37,170 nt of DNA from the IMG/VR virus record IMGVR_UViG_3300044259_000245, positions 1 to 37,170 of that record; one strand, written 5' to 3'. The position numbers and the translations under genes are program-made. Under the pieces are notes generated by a model. That model saw nothing but the letters and a program-made list of their open reading frames with translations. It made no database searches and was not told the DNA's origin. The stretch's first letter is position 1. Every line of letters begins with the position of its first letter. Shown here in pieces: positions 26,404 to 36,447 of the stretch. This DNA is from a virus. Its lineage: Duplodnaviria > Caudoviricetes.

Positions 26404-27007
26404 CAGTCGACTGCTGCCTGTCGGGTCGTCGGCGCTGGAAGTGGCCGCCGCTACCGCCTGTGCCGAGATTACCCGCGTACCCGTTCCCCTGCGCCTGCTG
26501 TGGAACCCGGACACCTGCCCGGCTAACCTGCTGCCGTATCTGGCGTGGGCGTTTTCCGTTGACCGCTGGGATGAGGCGTGGCCGGAGAGCGTGAAACGTC
26601 AGGTGATCCGCGATGCGTTCTTTATCCACCGTCACAAAGGCACGATTGGTGCGCTGCGGCGCGTGGTGGAGCCGTTTGGATATCTGATCCGTATCAGAGA
26701 ATGGTTTCAGAACGGCGGAGAGCCAGGCACGTTTCGCCTGGACATTGGCGTGCAGGATAGCGGCATCACTGAGGAAACTTTTTACGAGCTGGAGCGGCTG
26801 ATTGCTGACGCCAAACCCGCCAGTCGGCACCTGCTGGGGCTGAATATCAACCTTGACACGCAGGGCGCGGCCTACGTTGCCGCGCTGTCTTATGGCGGCG
26901 ACGAGCTAACCATTTACCCCTATTTTCCTGAAACGATTACTGTGTCCGGTCTGGATGTGGCCGGGGCAGCACTTCATTTAATCGACAACGTGAGCGTAAC
27001 CGCATGA
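26396..27007 (+). CDS. I: Tail/baseplate protein (P2 gpI)
   Basis: LWNPDTCPANLLPYLAWAFSVDRWD and HRHKGTIGA motifs. Confidence 0.96.
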   Translation: MSDSRLLPVGSSALEVAAATACAEITRVPVPLRLLWNPDTCPANLLPYLAWAFSVDRWDEAWPESVKRQVIRDAFFIHRHKGTIGALRRVVEPFGYLIRIREWFQNGGEPGTFRLDIGVQDSGITEETFYELERLIADAKPASRHLLGLNINLDTQGAAYVAALSYGGDELTIYPYFPETITVSGLDVAGAALHLIDNVSVTA

Positions 27008-29097
27008 GTGCAACCTATTTTGCCCTGTTAACGAACATCGGCGCGGCCAAACTGGCTAACGCGACCGCGCTAGGTGTCCGCCTGAACATTACCCAAATGG
27101 CAGTCGGGGACGGCGGCGGCGTTTTGCCGACACCGAACCCGGCACAAACGGCACTGATTAGCGAGAAGCGGCGCGCCGCACTCAACATGATGAGCATTGA
27201 CCCGAAAAACCCCAGCCAGATTATCGCCGAGCAGGTTATTCCCGAAAATGAGGGCGGTTGGTGGATTCGTGAAATCGGGCTATTTGACGATGACGGCAAT
27301 CTGATTGCTGTCGCCAACTGCCCGGAAACCTACAAACCGCAGCTACAGGAGGGCAGCGGCCGCATCCAGACCGTGCGCATGATACTGATTGTCAGCAGTA
27401 CCGACGCGGTGACGCTGAAAATTGACCCGGCTGTGGTGCTGGCAACGCGGAGCTATGTTGATAACGCCGTGATCGAGGTGAAAGCCTATGCGGATAATCT
27501 GATGCGGCTACATCTTGCCGCCGCTGATCCACACCCGCAATATGCACCAAAGGCCAGCCCGGCACTGACAGGCAAGCCCACCGCACCCACGGCGGCGCAG
27601 GCATCGAATGACACTCAGTTGGCAACCACGGCCTTTGTGAAAGCGGCTATTGCCGCATTGGTTAACGGGTCGCCGGGGGCGCTGGATACGTTGCAGGAGC
27701 TGGCGGCGGCGTTGGGTAACGATCCGGCTTTCTCAACAACGGTACTTAATGCCATTGCTGATGTTACGAATAAGCAGAATGCGCACACATCAGCGGCAGA
27801 TCCGCACCCGCAATACGCGCCGGAAGCCAGCCCGGCACTGACAGGTAAACCCACCGCGCCCACGGCAACGCAGGCATCGAATGACACGCAACTGGCGACC
27901 ACGGCCTTTGTGAAAGCGGCTATTTCGGCATTAGTGAACGGGGCACCGGGCGCACTCGACACCTTGCAGGCGCTGGCAGCAGCGCTGGGTAACGATCCGG
28001 ATTTCTCAACGACGGTACTCAATGCCATAGCTGATGTTACGAATAAGCAGCATGCACACGCATCAGCCGTCGACCCGCACACGCAATACGCGCCAAAAGC
28101 CAGCCCGGCACTGACAGGCAAACCCACCGCGCCCACGGCAACGCAGGCATCGAATGACACGCAACTGGCGACCACGGCCTTTGTGAAATCGGCTATTTCG
28201 GCATTGGTGAACGGGTCGCCGGGCGCGCTGGACACGTTGCAGGAGCTGGCGGCGGCGCTGGGTAATGACCCCGATTTTTCAACGACGATAGTAAACGCGC
28301 TGTCCGGAAAGCTGGCAAAAGACCAGAACGGCGCAGATATCCTGAATAAAAAACAATTCGCCAGAAATGCCAGCCTGCCCTATTTGGGAAGTGGGTGGGT
28401 TAATTTCGGCGGCAGCAGCGGTGCATGGACAACAGCGCAATTTATTGATTTTTTGGATGAAATCGGAGCGTTTCAGCATCTGTATTTTGTGTGTGCGGGG
28501 TCATGGAGCTACGCGGTAAACCGGAAAATTACCGATACAGGCTGCGGTCATATTGAGCTGGCGGGCGCGATCGTGGAAGTATTCAGCGATCGCTTTCATT
28601 GCAGAACAATCCGCATCACGACCCCGACAACATCAAGCGACACGGAGGCAATGCCGGGGACGTTTATTTATATCGATAATGGTGCAGATTCCGCGCCCGG
28701 CTGGCGTCGCGAATATAATTCTAAAACCCTGCGTGCCGCTGATATCACCGCGCTGGGCGTGCCACTAAGGGACGATAAACAGATGTGCCGGGCGTGGGTG
28801 CGCTTTAATGAAAATGGTGAAATCAATGACGCATACAATGTCCAGTCAGTGATAAAAAACAGCACCGGTGATTTTACGATCCGGTTTAAAACCCCGATGA
28901 AGAATGAAAATTATGCCTTCACCTATAACGTGGGCGGGAGGGGCGACTCCATGAACATGTGTTCTGGTGCATCCCAACTGCCAACGGTTGATGCATTACG
29001 GGTTATCAGTGTTTCAGCGACAGGGATCGGAAAAGGGGGCGATTTTCGGCTATTGGATTTCCCGGTCAATTCCGTTGCGATTTTTGGCGGCGTCTGA
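27004..29097 (+). CDS. H: Tail fibre protein (P2 gpH-like)
   Basis: Conserved N-terminus (MAVGDGGG, GGWWIREIGL, KIDPAVVLATR), internal repeats and a variable C-terminus. Confidence 0.95.
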   Translation: MSATYFALLTNIGAAKLANATALGVRLNITQMAVGDGGGVLPTPNPAQTALISEKRRAALNMMSIDPKNPSQIIAEQVIPENEGGWWIREIGLFDDDGNLIAVANCPETYKPQLQEGSGRIQTVRMILIVSSTDAVTLKIDPAVVLATRSYVDNAVIEVKAYADNLMRLHLAAADPHPQYAPKASPALTGKPTAPTAAQASNDTQLATTAFVKAAIAALVNGSPGALDTLQELAAALGNDPAFSTTVLNAIADVTNKQNAHTSAADPHPQYAPEASPALTGKPTAPTATQASNDTQLATTAFVKAAISALVNGAPGALDTLQALAAALGNDPDFSTTVLNAIADVTNKQHAHASAVDPHTQYAPKASPALTGKPTAPTATQASNDTQLATTAFVKSAISALVNGSPGALDTLQELAAALGNDPDFSTTIVNALSGKLAKDQNGADILNKKQFARNASLPYLGSGWVNFGGSSGAWTTAQFIDFLDEIGAFQHLYFVCAGSWSYAVNRKITDTGCGHIELAGAIVEVFSDRFHCRTIRITTPTTSSDTEAMPGTFIYIDNGADSAPGWRREYNSKTLRAADITALGVPLRDDKQMCRAWVRFNENGEINDAYNVQSVIKNSTGDFTIRFKTPMKNENYAFTYNVGGRGDSMNMCSGASQLPTVDALRVISVSATGIGKGGDFRLLDFPVNSVAIFGGV
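27526..28300 (+). repeat. Three tandem 273-bp (91-aa) repeats in the tail fibre
   Basis: DPHxQYAP…LDTLQxLAAALGNDPxFSTT units start at 27526, 27799 and 28072 (third unit incomplete). Confidence 0.93.
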
Positions 29098-29225
29098 AGA
29101 GGTACATTGATCGACACAGCCGATCAATAACGCATAATCGATCTGTATAAACGTTTATAAAATAGCCAGCCCAGATGTCATTATGTCTATGGTTTTAAAA
29201 TAATAATGATCCACCGGGGAAAGCG

Positions 29226-29257
29226 AAGCCCACCGTCCGCCAACGGTGGGCTTTTTT
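29226..29257 (+). terminator. Rho-independent terminator between H and FI
   Basis: GCCCACCGT-ccgcca-ACGGTGGGC-T6. Confidence 0.88.
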
Positions 29258-29386
29258 CATGCCTGTTTTCCGCCTCTGTGTTGTGCCAGCGCCTACCGTA
29301 CCAGCATGACTCGCCCACACTCGCACCGCGCCAGACAATAACCGCTCCTAATGCAGCAATAGTGCTATTAGCTGGAGCCTGAATGT

Positions 29387-30556
29387 ATGAGTGATTTTCA
29401 CCACGGCGTGCAGGTCGTCGAAGTCAACGACGGCACGCGCGTTATTTCCACCGTTTCCACCGCGATTATCGGCATGGTGTGTACCGCTTCTGATGCCGAT
29501 GCGGCCACCTTTCCCCTGAATACCCCGGTACTGATTACCAACGTACTGTCCGCCGCTGGCGAAGCCGGGAAAAAAGGCACGCTGGCCGCCGCCCTGTCCG
29601 CCATCGCCGACCAGTCCAAACCCGTTACCGTTGTGGTACGTGTGGCCGAGGGCAAAGATGAAGCCGAAACCATCAGTAATGTGATCGGCGGCAGTGATGC
29701 AAACGGCAAATATACGGGAATGAAAGCCCTGTTAGATGCCATGTCGGTAACAGGTGTGAAGCCGCGCATCCTCGGTGCGCCGGGGCTGGACTCATTACCC
29801 GTTGCCACCGCGTTAGCCTCCATCTGTCAGTCGCTGCGCGCATTCGGTTACGTCAGCGCGTGGGGCTGCAAAACCCTGTCGGACGCCATCAACTACCGGG
29901 AAAATTTCAGCCAGCGTGAACTGATGGTGATCTGGCCGGATTTTATCGCGTGGGACACCACGGCCAACGCCAGCGCGACGGCGTATGCCACCGCCCGCGC
30001 GCTGGGACTGCGCGCCAAAATCGACCAGGAAACCGGATGGCATAAAACCCTGTCAAACGTAGGCGTGAACGGCGTGACGGGCATCAGCGCGTCAGTGTTT
30101 TGGGATTTGCAGGCACCCGGCACCGATGCGGATTTGCTGAATCAGGCGGGTGTTACCACGCTGGTTCGTAAAGACGGCTTTCGATTTTGGGGTAACCGCA
30201 CCTGTTCTGACGATCCGCTGTTCCTGTTTGAGAACTACACCCGCACCGCGCAGGTGCTGGCCGACACGATGGCGGAAGCGCACATGTGGGCGGTGGACAA
30301 GCCCGTTACACCAACGCTTATCAACGACATTATCGAAGGCATCAAGGCCAAGTTTCGCGAATTGAAAACGGGCGGCTACATCATTGATGCGGATTGCTGG
30401 TTCGATGAAACCGCTAACGATAAAGACACGCTTAAGGCCGGGAAACTGTATATCGATTACGACTATACCCCCGTTCCCCCTCTGGAAAATCTCACCCTGC
30501 GCCAGCGCATCACCGATAAATATCTGGTGAATCTGGCCGCGTCAGTAAGCAGCTAA
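29387..30556 (+). CDS. FI: Tail sheath protein (P2 gpFI)
   Basis: FHHGVQVVEVNDGTR, GFRFWGNRT and YDYTPVPPLENL motifs. Confidence 0.97.
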   Translation: MSDFHHGVQVVEVNDGTRVISTVSTAIIGMVCTASDADAATFPLNTPVLITNVLSAAGEAGKKGTLAAALSAIADQSKPVTVVVRVAEGKDEAETISNVIGGSDANGKYTGMKALLDAMSVTGVKPRILGAPGLDSLPVATALASICQSLRAFGYVSAWGCKTLSDAINYRENFSQRELMVIWPDFIAWDTTANASATAYATARALGLRAKIDQETGWHKTLSNVGVNGVTGISASVFWDLQAPGTDADLLNQAGVTTLVRKDGFRFWGNRTCSDDPLFLFENYTRTAQVLADTMAEAHMWAVDKPVTPTLINDIIEGIKAKFRELKTGGYIIDADCWFDETANDKDTLKAGKLYIDYDYTPVPPLENLTLRQRITDKYLVNLAASVSS

Positions 30557-30570
30557 GGAGTTAACGCGCT

Positions 30571-31092
30571 ATGGCACTGCCTCGCAATCTGAAATTTATG
30601 AACCTGTTTAACGACGGGATGAGTTACATGGGCGTCGCCTCCGCCGTCACGCTGCCGAAACTCACGCGTAAGCTTGAAAACTATCGCGGCGGTGGCATGA
30701 ACGGCACCGCGCCCATTGATTTTGGGCTGGATGATGACGCGCTGGCGATGGAATGGACGCTCGGCGGCTTTGCTGACGAAACCCTGTGGAGCCAGTACGC
30801 TGCACCGGGTGCCGATAAGGTGCTGCTGCGCTTTACCGGGTCATACCAGCGCGATGACACCGGGGAAATTTCTGCCGTCGAAGTGGTGATGCGTGGCCGC
30901 CATAAAGAAATTGACGGCGGCGAGAGTAAGCAAGGGGAAGCTACTGAAACTAAAGTGTCGACCCAATGCACCTACTACAAGCTGACCATCGACGGTAAAG
31001 AGATGATCGAGATTGACACCATCAACATGATTGAGCGTGTGGTCGGCGTTGACCGTCTTGAGCAACATCGCCGGGCGATTGGTCTGGCGTAA
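30571..31092 (+). CDS. FII: Tail tube protein (P2 gpFII)
   Basis: MALPRNLK and LPKLTRKLENYRGGGM motifs. Confidence 0.97.
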   Translation: MALPRNLKFMNLFNDGMSYMGVASAVTLPKLTRKLENYRGGGMNGTAPIDFGLDDDALAMEWTLGGFADETLWSQYAAPGADKVLLRFTGSYQRDDTGEISAVEVVMRGRHKEIDGGESKQGEATETKVSTQCTYYKLTIDGKEMIEIDTINMIERVVGVDRLEQHRRAIGLA

Positions 31093-31159
31093 CCCTGTCC
31101 GGCCAGCCCGGCGCTGGCCGTCTTCTTTCTATTTTTTATCTGAACACAGAGGCAACATC

Positions 31160-31456
31160 ATGAACAAAGACGACAACGTTGTAACGCTGGAAACCCCGAT
31201 TAAACGCGGCGAAACCGTCATCGACACTATCACCCTGATTAAACCGACTACCGGAACGCTGCGCGGCGTCAGTCTGGCGGCGCTGGCCGGGTCGGACGTA
31301 GACGCACTGATTAAAGTGCTGCCACGCATGACGCTGCCGTCACTGACCGAGGCCGAAATCACCCGCATGGAATTGCCGGATATGATTGCCATCGCTGGCA
31401 AGGTGGTCGGTTTTTTGACGCCGAAATCGCAACAGGCGACCTCCCCCGAAGCCTGA
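31160..31456 (+). CDS. E: Tail assembly chaperone (P2 gpE)
   Basis: GTLRGVSL…LIKVLPR…VVGFL. Start ATG 31160. Confidence 0.92.
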   Translation: MNKDDNVVTLETPIKRGETVIDTITLIKPTTGTLRGVSLAALAGSDVDALIKVLPRMTLPSLTEAEITRMELPDMIAIAGKVVGFLTPKSQQATSPEA

Positions 31457-31593
31457 GTGTTGATGATCTGATGGCGGATATCGCGGTGATTTTTCACTGG
31501 CCGCCATCGGAGCTGTACCCGATGACCCTCACCGAGTTGATCCTGTGGCGCGACAAAGCGCTGAAACGCAGCGGACACCATAACAATGAGTAA
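31409..31593 (+). CDS. E': gpE' extension made by programmed -1 frameshift
   Basis: Slippery GGTTTTTTG at 31409-31417. The -1 frame reads …MADIAVIFHWPPSEL…SGHHNNE* to TAA 31593, as in P2 E+E'. Confidence 0.88.
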
Positions 31594-34465
31594 CACTCTA
31601 CAGTTAAGCGTTTTGCTGAAAGCCGTGGACAGGGCGACCCGCCCGTTTAAGGCGGTGCAAACCGAAAGTAAAAAGCTGTCGGGCGATATCCGCGATTCAC
31701 AGACCCAGCTCAAAGACCTGAACGCGCAGGCCGGGCGTATCGACGGTTTCCGCAAGGCAAAAAGCCAGCTCAGCGAAACAGGCGCAGCACTCCAGCAGGC
31801 GCAGGCCAAAGCTACCGAACTGTCGGCCGCGCTGCGCAATAGCGAGAACCCCACCAAACGGCAGGCGCAGGCGCTGGAGCGGGCGAAACGTCAGGCCGCG
31901 ACGTTAAAAACAGAGTATGCGGCGCTGCGCCAGTCGGTACAGCGCCAGCGTACCGAGTTAGAGCAGGCAGGCGTCAGCACGCGCAACCTGTCCGGCGAAG
32001 AGCGTAAATTACGCACGAATATTACGCAGACAACGACGCAGCTTGACCAGCAGCGCGCCGCGCTTTCCCGCGTCAGTCAGCAACAGGAAAAACTGAACGC
32101 GGTCAGACAGCGCTATGAGAAAGGAAAGGAAATTACCGCCGGGGTGCGTAATACCAGTGCGGCGGCGTTTGGCCTCGGTTCTGCGGCGCTGTATGCCGAA
32201 AGCCGCCTGATTGCACCATCAGTGCAGGCCGACGGACACGGGGCGCGTATCGCCGCACAGACGGGCGGAAACGCCGCCGACGGCGAACAGTACACCCGCG
32301 TTATCAAAGATATTAACGCATCTGGTGTAAGCGGTGACCTCAACCAGATAGCGGACGCGGTGGCCGCCGTGCGTAGCACGTTGGGGGCGATGGGGGATGT
32401 AGGGGAAACCGAGCTGGCGCGCATATCGCGTAAGGCGCTGGACATACAAACGGCGCTCGGCGGCGATGCAACCGAGAGTATCCAGATAGCCGCGATCATG
32501 ATGAAAAACGGCCTGGCGAAGAACAGCGACGAGGCGTTTGATTTGATGGTGTCCGGGATGCAGCGCGTATCTGCGCAGATGCGCGGCGAACTGCCGGAAA
32601 TCCTGCATGAATACTCGACTCACTTCCGCAACATGGGATTCAGCGGATCGGAAGCCATGACACTATTAGTGGACATGGCGCAGCAAGGCAAGTTTGCGCT
32701 GGACAAGACAGGCGACGCGGTGAAGGAATTCTCAATCCGTGGGTCGGACATGTCCAAAGCCAGCATTGAAGCCTATGACGCTGCCGGACTCAATGCCGCC
32801 AAAATGTCTACCGCCATTGCCAGCGGCGGCGATAAGGCGCGGGCGGCAATGCAGAAAACCGCCAATGGGCTGCTGAAAATCAAAGACCCGGCAGAACGGG
32901 CAAACGCGGCCATTGCCCTGTTTGGTACGCCGATTGAAGACCTGTCGATTGACCAGATACCGAAATTCCTGTCAGCGCTGGCCGGAGCCGAAAACAAGCT
33001 CGGTGACGTGTCCGGGGCGGCTGACCGCATGGGCGATACCCTGCGCGATAACCTCGAAGGGGATATCGGGCGGCTACAGGGCGCGATGTCCAGCCTGCGC
33101 TTTAACCTGTTCAATGACGATGACGGCGCGCTGCGCAAACTGACGCAGGCCGCGACGGAATGGTTAACCCGCGTCAATGAATGGGTCAAGGCTAACCCGG
33201 AGCTGACGCGGCAGATAGTCATGGTAGGCGGAGCCGCCACGGCGTTAATTACGGTGCTGGGCGGGCTGGGGCTGGTTGCGTGGCCTGTCATGAGCGGAAT
33301 TAATGCATTAGTCGGCGGAGCGGGTTTACTGAGTGCCGGATTCGGTAAGGTCGGTGAAAAGGGATTACCCAAGTTATCTATGGGATTAAACCGCCTCGGC
33401 GGCATGATCGGCTGGCTGGCAAAGTCGCCGCTGATGCTGCTACGTGCCGGAGCCTCGGCGCTAACCTCGGTATTCGGGGCGGTCAGTAACCCGCTGACCA
33501 TTATCCGGGGCGCGATGTCGGGTTTTGGCCGGGTGCTGATGTGGCTGTTTACCTCACCGTTGGCACTGCTGCGCACCGGGATTACGCTGGTTAGCAGTGC
33601 GTTAGGCGTGTTGCTGTCACCCGTCGGGCTAGCTGTCGCGGCGATTGTCGGCGGTGCGTTGCTTATCTGGAAGTATTGGGAGCCCATCAAAGCCTTTATC
33701 GGCGGTGTGGTTGAAGGGTTTGTTGCCGCCAGTGCGCCTATTATTGCCGCCTTTGAACCGCTCCAGCCTGTCTTTACGTGGATAGGCGACAAAATAAAGG
33801 CGCTGTTTGGCTGGTTTGGTGACCTGCTGACACCCGTCAAATCCACTGCCGCCGAGCTGGACAGTGCGGCCAGCATGGGGAAACGATTTGGTGAGGCGTT
33901 GGCAAGCGGGCTGAATATCATCATGAACCCGCTGGAGTCGCTGAAAAAAGGCGTGTCGTGGCTGTTGGAAAAGCTGGGGGTGGTTGACGATAAATCGAAG
34001 AAGCTGCCGACGGCTGAAAATATTATACCGCCGAAGGAGGCTGCCGCGCTAAAGGTGGGCGTGAGCCGCGCCCCAACTCCGCAAGGTAAAGACGCGCAAT
34101 CAATTGCAGATCGCTACAGCGGTGTACGCGATAACGGCGGTGGGATCAAGCTGGGAGAGTTTGCCGTCGTCGGTGAACATGGTCCGGAGATCGTTGAGGG
34201 TCCGGTCAATGTCACCAGCCGTAAAAAAACGGCGGCGATGGCGTCCGCTGCCATGAACATGTCAGCCTATCGCCCGATAGCGCCAACGGTGCAGGCCAGT
34301 GCGGCATCATCCCCGGTCAGCATTCATGCGCCGATTAGCATTGTTGCCCAGCCCGGCCAGAGTGCGCAGGACATCGCGCAGGAAGTCACGCGCCAGCTTG
34401 AGAAGCGGGAACGGGCGGCACGGTCACGCGCATTCAGTCAGTACAGTTATCAGGGAGGCGAATAA
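31586..34465 (+). CDS. T: Tail tape measure protein (P2 gpT-like)
   Basis: 959 aa, Ala-rich and helical, LKAVDRATRPF N-terminus, lies between E and U. Confidence 0.95.
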   Translation: MSNTLQLSVLLKAVDRATRPFKAVQTESKKLSGDIRDSQTQLKDLNAQAGRIDGFRKAKSQLSETGAALQQAQAKATELSAALRNSENPTKRQAQALERAKRQAATLKTEYAALRQSVQRQRTELEQAGVSTRNLSGEERKLRTNITQTTTQLDQQRAALSRVSQQQEKLNAVRQRYEKGKEITAGVRNTSAAAFGLGSAALYAESRLIAPSVQADGHGARIAAQTGGNAADGEQYTRVIKDINASGVSGDLNQIADAVAAVRSTLGAMGDVGETELARISRKALDIQTALGGDATESIQIAAIMMKNGLAKNSDEAFDLMVSGMQRVSAQMRGELPEILHEYSTHFRNMGFSGSEAMTLLVDMAQQGKFALDKTGDAVKEFSIRGSDMSKASIEAYDAAGLNAAKMSTAIASGGDKARAAMQKTANGLLKIKDPAERANAAIALFGTPIEDLSIDQIPKFLSALAGAENKLGDVSGAADRMGDTLRDNLEGDIGRLQGAMSSLRFNLFNDDDGALRKLTQAATEWLTRVNEWVKANPELTRQIVMVGGAATALITVLGGLGLVAWPVMSGINALVGGAGLLSAGFGKVGEKGLPKLSMGLNRLGGMIGWLAKSPLMLLRAGASALTSVFGAVSNPLTIIRGAMSGFGRVLMWLFTSPLALLRTGITLVSSALGVLLSPVGLAVAAIVGGALLIWKYWEPIKAFIGGVVEGFVAASAPIIAAFEPLQPVFTWIGDKIKALFGWFGDLLTPVKSTAAELDSAASMGKRFGEALASGLNIIMNPLESLKKGVSWLLEKLGVVDDKSKKLPTAENIIPPKEAAALKVGVSRAPTPQGKDAQSIADRYSGVRDNGGGIKLGEFAVVGEHGPEIVEGPVNVTSRKKTAAMASAAMNMSAYRPIAPTVQASAASSPVSIHAPISIVAQPGQSAQDIAQEVTRQLEKRERAARSRAFSQYSYQGGE

Positions 34466-34466
34466 G

Positions 34467-34952
34467 ATGATGCTCACACTAGGGCTGTTTGTGTTCCAGC
34501 TCCAGACCCTGCCTTACCAGAACATGCAGCGCAACGTTGATTACCGCTGGCCGTCAAACAGTCGCGTCGGTCAGCGTCCGGCGTTGCAGTTCTTAGGCAT
34601 TGAAGACGAGAAAATCACGCTGTCGGGGGAACTGCTACCGGAAATCACAGGCGGCACGCTGTCATTGTTGATGCTGGAGACGATGGCCGATCAGGGGCGT
34701 GCATGGCCGCTGATCGAAGGCAGTGGCACCATTTACGGTGTGTTTGTGGTGAACAGTATCAGCCAGACGAAAACCGATTTTTTCCCCGATGGCCGCGCCC
34801 GGCGGATTGAGTTTACCATCACGCTGACCCGCGTGGACTCATCGCTGTCTGCCATGCTGGGCGATTTACGCCAGCAAGCTGACGGCTTGATCGGCAGCGC
34901 CGGGGAAATGGCTAACCGGGCGCAATCCGCTATCGGGGGATTATTCGCATGA
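34467..34952 (+). CDS. U: Tail protein (P2 gpU)
   Basis: MMLTLGLFVFQLQTLPYQ and ITLSGELLPEITGG motifs. Confidence 0.95.
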   Translation: MMLTLGLFVFQLQTLPYQNMQRNVDYRWPSNSRVGQRPALQFLGIEDEKITLSGELLPEITGGTLSLLMLETMADQGRAWPLIEGSGTIYGVFVVNSISQTKTDFFPDGRARRIEFTITLTRVDSSLSAMLGDLRQQADGLIGSAGEMANRAQSAIGGLFA

Positions 34953-36100
34953 TTAACCCGCTGAATGTTCGTGCGGGCAGTAAAACCGCCCCGGCGTACC
35001 TGCTGCGACTCAATGAGCAGGACATCACGACCGTTATCAGTCCGCGCCTGCTGTCGCTCAGCCTGACCGATAACCGGGGCTTTGAGGCCGACCAGCTCGA
35101 CATCGAGCTGGACGACAGCGACGGAAAGATGCAGTTACCCCGCCGGGGCGCGGTGCTGTCGGTATTTTTGGGCTGGGAAGGTGAAGCGCTGATCGGTAAA
35201 GGCGATTTTACGGTGGATGAAATAGAACATCGTGGCACGCCGGATACGCTGACCATCCGGGCGCGCAGTGCCGATTTTCGTGGGTCGCTGAACTCCCGGC
35301 GTGAGCTGTCCTATCACGACACCACGCTGGGGGCGATTGTTGAACAGGTGGCAAAACGTAACAACCTTGCGCCGATGCTGGCTGATTGTTTTGCCGGGAT
35401 AAAAATTCCGCATATCGACCAGACGCAGGAAACCGACGCGGTATTTATTACCCGGCTGGCCGAACGCAACGGGGCGATTGTGGCAATCAAAGCCGGACGT
35501 TTGCTGTTTATCCGCCCCGGAACGGGGAAGACGGCCAGCGGCAAGCCCATCCCGCAGCAGATGATTGAACGCAGCGACGGCGATCAGCACAGTTTTAGCC
35601 TGGCTGATCGGGGCGCGTACACAGGCGTAACGGCAAGCTGGCTGCATGCTAAAGAGCCGCAGCCAAAGAAGCCTAAAAAGGTCAAAGTGCAGCGCAAAGT
35701 CTTGCTGCATCAGGGTCCACAGAAAACCCACCCGAAAGCGAAGAAAGCAACCAAAGAGCCGGAAGCACGCGAGGGGGATTATCTGGTTGGCACGGATGAG
35801 AACGTACTGGCGCTGACCACGGTTTTTGCGACCAAAGCACAGGCCATGCGTGCCGCACAGGCAAAGTGGAACAAACTCCAGCGTGGTGTCGCGGAGTTCT
35901 CTATCACGCTGGCAATGGGGCGCGCTGACCTGTTCCCGGAAACGCCTGTTCAGGTGAGCGGATTCAAACAGGTGATCGACGAACAGGAATGGACAATCTC
36001 AAAAGTCACGCACAGCTTGAGTAATTCAGGCTACGTTACCGCGCTGGAGCTGGAAGTGCTGCTGTCTGATGTTGAGTATGAGAGCGATGAGGAATCTTAA
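34949..36100 (+). CDS. D: Baseplate hub / late control protein (P2 gpD)
   Basis: LTDNRGFEADQLDIELDD and LQRGVAEFSI motifs. Confidence 0.96.
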   Translation: MINPLNVRAGSKTAPAYLLRLNEQDITTVISPRLLSLSLTDNRGFEADQLDIELDDSDGKMQLPRRGAVLSVFLGWEGEALIGKGDFTVDEIEHRGTPDTLTIRARSADFRGSLNSRRELSYHDTTLGAIVEQVAKRNNLAPMLADCFAGIKIPHIDQTQETDAVFITRLAERNGAIVAIKAGRLLFIRPGTGKTASGKPIPQQMIERSDGDQHSFSLADRGAYTGVTASWLHAKEPQPKKPKKVKVQRKVLLHQGPQKTHPKAKKATKEPEAREGDYLVGTDENVLALTTVFATKAQAMRAAQAKWNKLQRGVAEFSITLAMGRADLFPETPVQVSGFKQVIDEQEWTISKVTHSLSNSGYVTALELEVLLSDVEYESDEES

Positions 36101-36182
36101 AAAAATAACATTAAGTTTAAATTTTTAAGTTTAAGGTTTTTGTCTATAATGCGGACATTATTAGACAAGACAGGTGATTTCT

Positions 36183-36401
36183 ATGATGCATTGCCCTTTG
36201 TGCCAAGATGCCGCACATACAAGATCAAGTCGGTACATAAGCACAGAAACGAAAGAACGATATCACCAATGCCAGAACATCAACTGTGGTTGCACTTTTG
36301 TTACACATGAAACTCTTACACGCTTTATCGTTAAGCCAGGAGATATTGATCCCGCCCCGCCCCATCCATCTAGATGTCTACAGCAACAGCTTTGGATTTA
36401 A
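36183..36401 (+). CDS. ogr: Ogr/Delta zinc-finger late transcription activator
   Basis: MMHCPLC…AHTRSSR…ERYHQCQNINCGCTF. Confidence 0.96.
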   Translation: MMHCPLCQDAAHTRSSRYISTETKERYHQCQNINCGCTFVTHETLTRFIVKPGDIDPAPPHPSRCLQQQLWI

Positions 36402-36402
36402 T

Positions 36403-36430
36403 TATAAAGCCTGCAATTGCAGGCTTTATA
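36403..36430. terminator. Perfect 28-bp palindrome; probable bidirectional terminator
   Basis: TATAAAGCCTGCAA|TTGCAGGCTTTATA between ogr and the convergent moron. Confidence 0.7.
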
Positions 36431-36447
36431 TTCTAAGAAATAAAAAA

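Noticed and set aside
27526-28300. Possible CRISPR array or diversity-generating retroelement repeats
   Set aside because: The repeats are in-frame coding units with no spacers, and there is no cas or reverse transcriptase gene in the window.
31409-31593. Apparent frameshift in gene E as a sign of decay
   Set aside because: It is the known programmed -1 frameshift that produces gpE+E'.
32773-33924. 383-aa reverse-strand ORF inside the tape measure gene, and many similar shadow ORFs across the GC-rich structural genes
   Set aside because: Antisense shadows of well-supported genes, with no recognisable motifs.
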